A DNA stretch of 30,791 nucleotides from a virus (Duplodnaviria > Caudoviricetes): positions 1-30,791 of IMG/VR virus record IMGVR_UViG_3300033076_000014. One strand, written 5' to 3'. The position numbers and the translations under genes were made by a program. This document shows positions 27,277 to 30,791 of the stretch, in pieces (positions within the stretch are counted from its first letter, which is position 1; each line of letters starts with the position of its first letter). The notes beneath the pieces are model-generated. The model had not been told where the DNA came from. It worked only from the letters and a program-made list of their open reading frames with translations, and did no database searches.

Positions 27277-27488
27277 AAGTCCTCCTCAACCTCTGTGAAA
27301 GGTTTAACTGGTGGGTGTTTAAATTCAACTTTCTTGGGCTGATCTTTTTGTGGACCCCATTGGTGAAAGCTGCACATTGGCTTGTCAACTTTGACGGTCC
27401 AAATCTTCCCGCAGCCTGGCACACTACACAGCAAACGGGCGTAATCGTCATCAAACTTTTCGGTTTTGTTGGCTTTTGCAAAGGTCAT
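27273..27488 (-). CDS. Small Cys/His (Zn-finger-like) protein (71 aa)
   Basis: CSVPGC...CSFH; ATGA overlap with the replication gene; its end provides the SD for the MTase pair. Confidence 0.65.
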   Translation of the reverse strand: MTFAKANKTEKFDDDYARLLCSVPGCGKIWTVKVDKPMCSFHQWGPQKDQPKKVEFKHPPVKPFTEVEEDF

Positions 27489-28249
27489 TTGTCATACTTC
27501 CCATCAATGATTTTTTGAAAATTGGTTGCGTTCACCACCCATTCAAGGTCAGGTCGCCACGTTCGCCCCTGACTTTCAAAGCCTGCCGACAACTTGGTGT
27601 CTTTGGCGATGTAGCCAAAAAATGAATCCCACCACCTAATTCCATCCTGTTGGGTTTTGTAGCCCTCTGGCGAATAGTCTGATGGTTTGGCAGCTTGAAT
27701 CCAACGCTGGCGTAAGTTGGTAGCCCTTGAGCCTTCCCATACCCTTGGTTGCGTCAAGTGGGGTAAATGCTTTGCCCAAAGTTTCAAAATTTCCTGATGT
27801 GGACAAGTTGGGAAGGTACTTCCCGACAAAGAAGGTTTACCTTCTTTAATATTGTGTTCTGTGTCTTGTGTCTTGTGTAATGTGTCTTGTGTAGCATTGC
27901 TTTCGGATTGCGCTGGCAATGCGTTCGCATCTTTAGCCTTATTCCATCGGGCTTTGGCGCTTTCACTAGCCTTGTGTGACTTGTCGCCAGCCTTCAAAAT
28001 CTCAGCATTCGCACGGTGGTGAATCCAACCATTTTCGGTGCGCTCGAAATACTCTTGCAATACGGTTGCAATGCAATCGGTATGCGAACGCATACGAATC
28101 TGCCTTGCAGTCTCGTTGATTTCTAAGGGAATGGGGGTTTCGTGAAGATAGTACCAATCAAGCAAACGCCTGTAAGTCAAATCTTCCATCTCGGAAAGAT
28201 GCTCTGTGTGACTTTTGTAGTCACCTATGTTGAACTGGTAATAGTGCAT
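27485..28249 (-). CDS. Replication initiator, DUF1376/YdaU family
   Basis: MHYYQFNIGDY...HLS..EDL.YRRLLD.YY..E.P N-terminus; C-terminal PDLEWVVN..NFQKIIDGKY; internal repeats. Confidence 0.85.
   Translation of the reverse strand: MHYYQFNIGDYKSHTEHLSEMEDLTYRRLLDWYYLHETPIPLEINETARQIRMRSHTDCIATVLQEYFERTENGWIHHRANAEILKAGDKSHKASESAKARWNKAKDANALPAQSESNATQDTLHKTQDTEHNIKEGKPSLSGSTFPTCPHQEILKLWAKHLPHLTQPRVWEGSRATNLRQRWIQAAKPSDYSPEGYKTQQDGIRWWDSFFGYIAKDTKLSAGFESQGRTWRPDLEWVVNATNFQKIIDGKYDK
27851..27892. repeat. 6 x 7-bp tandem repeat (consensus CTTGTGT) inside the replication gene; candidate origin element
   Basis: attgtgt tctgtgt cttgtgt cttgtgt aatgtgt cttgtgt. Confidence 0.8.
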
Positions 28250-28272
28250 TGTTCACCTTACGTTGTCGGTTG

Positions 28273-28356
28273 CCGTTACTGAAAGAAACATTGGCAGGGC
28301 GGTAACGAATCGCCTTTTCCCCCGCTAAAGGTAGCCATGTTTCAAACCATGTTACA
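28273..28356 (-). ncRNA. C4/CI-like structured antisense RNA element
   Basis: Outer stem GAAACATGGC/GCCAATGTTTC enclosing hairpin GGCG-ATTCGTTAC-CGCC; the loop is complementary to flanking GTAAC(G) sites. Confidence 0.5.
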
Positions 28357-28524
28357 TCAATTGATCACTTCAAACCATTCAGGGCGAATCAAACGCAGTT
28401 GAAAAATGCGCCCCTTGGGTATGCCCGTGCTTTTCCAAAGCCACACAGCGCCCCTTGTCACACCCAATAGCCTTGCTAGCTCACTCTGTGAGCCTGCCTT
28501 TTGGATAATGTGATCAATGTTCAT
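28357..28524 (-). CDS. Cro-like helix-turn-helix regulator (55 aa)
   Basis: Manual translation MNIDHIIQKAGSQSELARLLGVTRGAVWLWKSTGIPKGRIFQLRLIRPEWFEVIN. Confidence 0.85.
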   Translation of the reverse strand: MNIDHIIQKAGSQSELARLLGVTRGAVWLWKSTGIPKGRIFQLRLIRPEWFEVIN

Positions 28525-28623
28525 GCGTATAGTTTACTAGACTTTTGGGCATTTGCACAAATACAACACTTATGGTTTGTCCTAATAAAAATATCTTGAT
28601 TGTTGTCTAGTTTGCTATACACT
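28525..28623. promoter_or_regulatory. Divergent promoters with two related 16-bp operators
   Basis: Leftward TTGTGC-18-TAAACT; rightward TTGATT-16-TACACT; operators GTATAGTTTACTAGAC (28527-28542) and GTCTAGTTTGCTATAC (28605-28620). Confidence 0.65.
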
Positions 28624-28670
28624 AGCAGTCATGCCGTAGCGCAACGCAAGCGGTCTTTTTTGGAGTATGT

Positions 28671-28940
28671 ATGAAACACACCGACCTGACACAGTATTTT
28701 GCAGAGGAACGTGACGATTCCGATGCACAACTGGAATGCTATTTTGACGACTACACAATGAGTTTGTGGCACGTTTACGTCAACGAAGCTGAAATTTACA
28801 ACCTTCTTTCAGAAGCCGTGATTGCATCACTTGAACGGGAATATGCCAGGCACGTTCGCAACGAAGCCCGTGAACACAATCTCGATCTGGCAATTGCCCG
28901 ATACGAATCTCTGCAACTCGACAAAGCAATGGGGTACTGA
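28671..28940 (+). CDS. Hypothetical early protein (89 aa, acidic)
   Basis: SD GGAG; first gene of the rightward operon. Confidence 0.7.
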   Translation: MKHTDLTQYFAEERDDSDAQLECYFDDYTMSLWHVYVNEAEIYNLLSEAVIASLEREYARHVRNEAREHNLDLAIARYESLQLDKAMGY

Positions 28941-28941
28941 A

Positions 28942-29118
28942 ATGACTGAACGCAAATATCCACGCACTATGCAAGAAGCCTTCCCTAACACCGTTGAATA
29001 TGGTGCAGCCATTGAGAAGCCCTACAAAGGTTTGAAGTTGGTTGACAAAGTAATGATTGCAGTCAGCGTTTTGTCGCTGGTTGTGGTTGCACTTGATTTG
29101 TTTTTTTGGAGAACTTAA
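28942..29118 (+). CDS. Small membrane protein (58 aa)
   Basis: MTERKYPRTMQEAFP...C-terminal TM helix VMIAVSVLSLVVVALDLFFW; start re-assigned to ATG 28942. Confidence 0.7.
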   Translation: MTERKYPRTMQEAFPNTVEYGAAIEKPYKGLKLVDKVMIAVSVLSLVVVALDLFFWRT

Positions 29119-29370
29119 ATGCGTTATTTTTTAGCCTTGTTTGTGGCAACTCTTGCAGCTTGCTCAACCACCCAACACACCCCACCCAACCAAGAATTAG
29201 TCATTGACGCAAAGATTCAACAGATGGGTCGCCAAGAAGTCATTGACGCTGTGAAGCAATGCGAAACATCAGGACTTCGTGCCATTCCAATTTACGCCAA
29301 ACGCAAGATTGGTGGTTACACAGTTGAAACCGTTGTGGAAGTCACTTGCGGTCCTCGTTACGCTTATTAA
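29119..29370 (+). CDS. Lipoprotein (83 aa)
   Basis: Signal peptide MRYFLALFVATLAAC with lipobox LAAC; two further Cys. Confidence 0.75.
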   Translation: MRYFLALFVATLAACSTTQHTPPNQELVIDAKIQQMGRQEVIDAVKQCETSGLRAIPIYAKRKIGGYTVETVVEVTCGPRYAY

Positions 29371-29379
29371 GGAAATATC

Positions 29380-29979
29380 ATGGAAACCAAAGACATTATT
29401 GAACGTGCATTTCAAGTCACGCCTGTTGGCAAGCAGATTGCCGCAGCGTTTGTCAAAGCGCAGTTGGCGTTTGGTCCTGCGCTCAAGTCCTCAACTAACC
29501 CACACTTTCGCAGCAAGTATGCAGACCTGTCTGCCTGCGTTGAGGCGGTCATTGATGCCCTCAACAAGAACGGCATTGGCTTGATGCAACGCACTTACGA
29601 ATGCAAAGATGGCGTGATGGTGGAGACTGTGTTTATCCATGAATCTGGCGAAGTCATGGAATGCGGGTTGCTTCATGTTCCAGCAACTAAACACGATGCC
29701 CAAGGTTTTGGGTCAGCTTTGACCTATGCCCGTAGGTACAGCCTGCAAGCTGCCTGTGGCATTGCGCCAGAAGATGATGATGGCAACGCAGCCAGCAAGC
29801 CCAAAACAACTGTTGATTCAAACTTGATGGCAGACCACATCATAGCAATCCAAGACGCTACCGATGAAGCAACGCTTAAAGCAGCATACCAAGCAGCTTA
29901 CAAAGCCTGTGGAACAGATGCAAACTGGCAGAAACAGATCATTGCAATCAAAGATGAAAAGAAAGCGAGTTTGAAATGA
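29380..29979 (+). CDS. erf: ERF-family single-strand annealing protein
   Basis: KSSTNPHFRSKYADL, HESGE, AQGFGSALTYARRYSL..ACGIAPEDDDGN. Confidence 0.92.
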   Translation: METKDIIERAFQVTPVGKQIAAAFVKAQLAFGPALKSSTNPHFRSKYADLSACVEAVIDALNKNGIGLMQRTYECKDGVMVETVFIHESGEVMECGLLHVPATKHDAQGFGSALTYARRYSLQAACGIAPEDDDGNAASKPKTTVDSNLMADHIIAIQDATDEATLKAAYQAAYKACGTDANWQKQIIAIKDEKKASLK

Positions 29980-30014
29980 TTGAACAAGGGCATCTTGTGT
30001 GATACGATGTGGGC
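29980..30014 (+). promoter_or_regulatory. Sigma70-type promoter for the HNH gene, probably leaderless
   Basis: TTGAAC-17 nt-TACGAT with extended TG; ATG 6 nt downstream; no SD. Confidence 0.55.
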
Positions 30015-30506
30015 ATGATTACAAAACATGACCTTATCAACTTGTTTGATGTGTTTCCAGATGAAGGAAAGTTTGTTTGGAAAAACGTATCAAAACATCA
30101 CAAACGTCTTAACGGACAAGAAGCAGGATGCCCATCAATGTCAAATTGCAAGGAATATTGGCACATAAAAATAAACGGCAAACGATACAAACGTGGTCGA
30201 TTGATGTTTTTGTATGTTTATGGAAATTTCCCAAACCCTTGCGTTGACCATATAAATGGCAATTCACTTGATGACAGGATTCAAAATCTTAGAGAAGCAA
30301 GCGTCATTGAAAACGCATGGAATCACAAAAAAAGAACAAGAATAATTGATTTGCCAATGGGTGTAAGAAACATGGCAAATGGAAAATTCCAAGCAAGGAT
30401 TGGTTACAAGGGTAAACAGTTGCATCTTGGGGTGTTTGAAACACCAAATGAAGCAAAAGCGATTTATGAAACAAAACGAAAGGAACTTTATGGAAAATTC
30501 GCTTGA
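30015..30506 (+). CDS. HNH homing endonuclease with AP2-like DNA-binding domain
   Basis: VDHINGNSLDDRIQNLREASVIEN; C-terminal MGVR...KFQARIG..GKQLHLGVFET..EA; visibly AT-rich. Confidence 0.9.
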   Translation: MITKHDLINLFDVFPDEGKFVWKNVSKHHKRLNGQEAGCPSMSNCKEYWHIKINGKRYKRGRLMFLYVYGNFPNPCVDHINGNSLDDRIQNLREASVIENAWNHKKRTRIIDLPMGVRNMANGKFQARIGYKGKQLHLGVFETPNEAKAIYETKRKELYGKFA

Positions 30507-30791
30507 AATTACGCAAGGCAGTGATGCTTGGTTTGCACAGCGACTTGGCAAAGTAACTGCCAGCCGTGTTGCTGACGTTATTGCCAAGACCAAAACAGGT
30601 TACAGCACCAGCCGTGACAACTACATGGCACAACTTGTCTGCGAACGCATGACACAGACTGTGGCTGAATCCTACACAAACGCAGCAATGCAATGGGGTA
30701 CTGAAACCGAACCACTAGCACGGGCAGCGTATGAAAGCCATGCTGACGTTTTGGTGGATGAGGTAGCCATGATTACCCACCCAACAATTGA
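30490..30791 (+). CDS. YqaJ/lambda-type exonuclease (N-terminal part; runs off the window)
   Basis: Manual translation MENSLEITQGSDAWFAQRLGKVTASRVADV...AMQWGTETEPLARAAYE; SD AAGGA lies inside the HNH gene. Confidence 0.9.
   Translation, partial: MENSLEITQGSDAWFAQRLGKVTASRVADVIAKTKTGYSTSRDNYMAQLVCERMTQTVAESYTNAAMQWGTETEPLARAAYESHADVLVDEVAMITHPTI

Larger units (their letters stand above)
1..30791. mobile_element. P22-like podovirus phage genome segment (phage or prophage)
   Basis: Contiguous terminase-portal-scaffold-coat-tail-ejection-lysis synteny plus divergent early recombination genes; no host housekeeping genes. Confidence 0.95.

Noticed and set aside
27269-27481. 70-aa alternative-frame ORF over the 71-aa gene, which might extend the dual-coding region
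   Set aside because: TTG start without SD, short enough to occur by chance, no motif
27851-27892. Tandem repeats as a CRISPR-like array or DGR repeat
   Set aside because: 7-bp units without spacers; no cas or reverse transcriptase gene in the window
29976-30520. Group I intron around the HNH gene
   Set aside because: Only about 25 nt of non-coding flank, leaving no room for a ribozyme core, and the exonuclease has its own SD and ATG

Overview
A 30.8-kb segment of a tailed dsDNA phage with P22-like (podovirus) organisation; the host is probably a Gram-negative bacterium (inference). A long minus-strand arm runs, in transcription order: Cro-like HTH, DUF1376-type replication initiator, C5 cytosine methyltransferase, nin-like small genes with a VRR-NUC nuclease, Dps/ferritin-like protein, GroES, small basic proteins, TerS, TerL, portal, scaffold, coat, three fibre/spike genes, P22 gp4/gp10-like tail proteins, ejection proteins (one with a lytic transglycosylase domain), holin-like genes and a truncated GH108 endolysin. 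A short plus-strand early arm carries a lipoprotein, ERF recombinase, HNH endonuclease and a truncated YqaJ/lambda-type exonuclease. The most striking feature is the methyltransferase locus. Two ~315-aa ORFs overlap almost completely on the same strand and share one ribosome-binding site. They divide the C5-MTase motifs: I-VIII and X lie in one frame, while three PTP repeat modules and a motif IX-like segment lie in the other. Also notable: an HNH gene apparently inserted into the exonuclease 5' end, a C4-like structured RNA upstream of the replication gene, paired operators at the divergent promoters, and three apparently leaderless promoters. No integrase, CI repressor, tRNA or CRISPR array was seen. 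All calls come from reading motifs by eye, without database searches.
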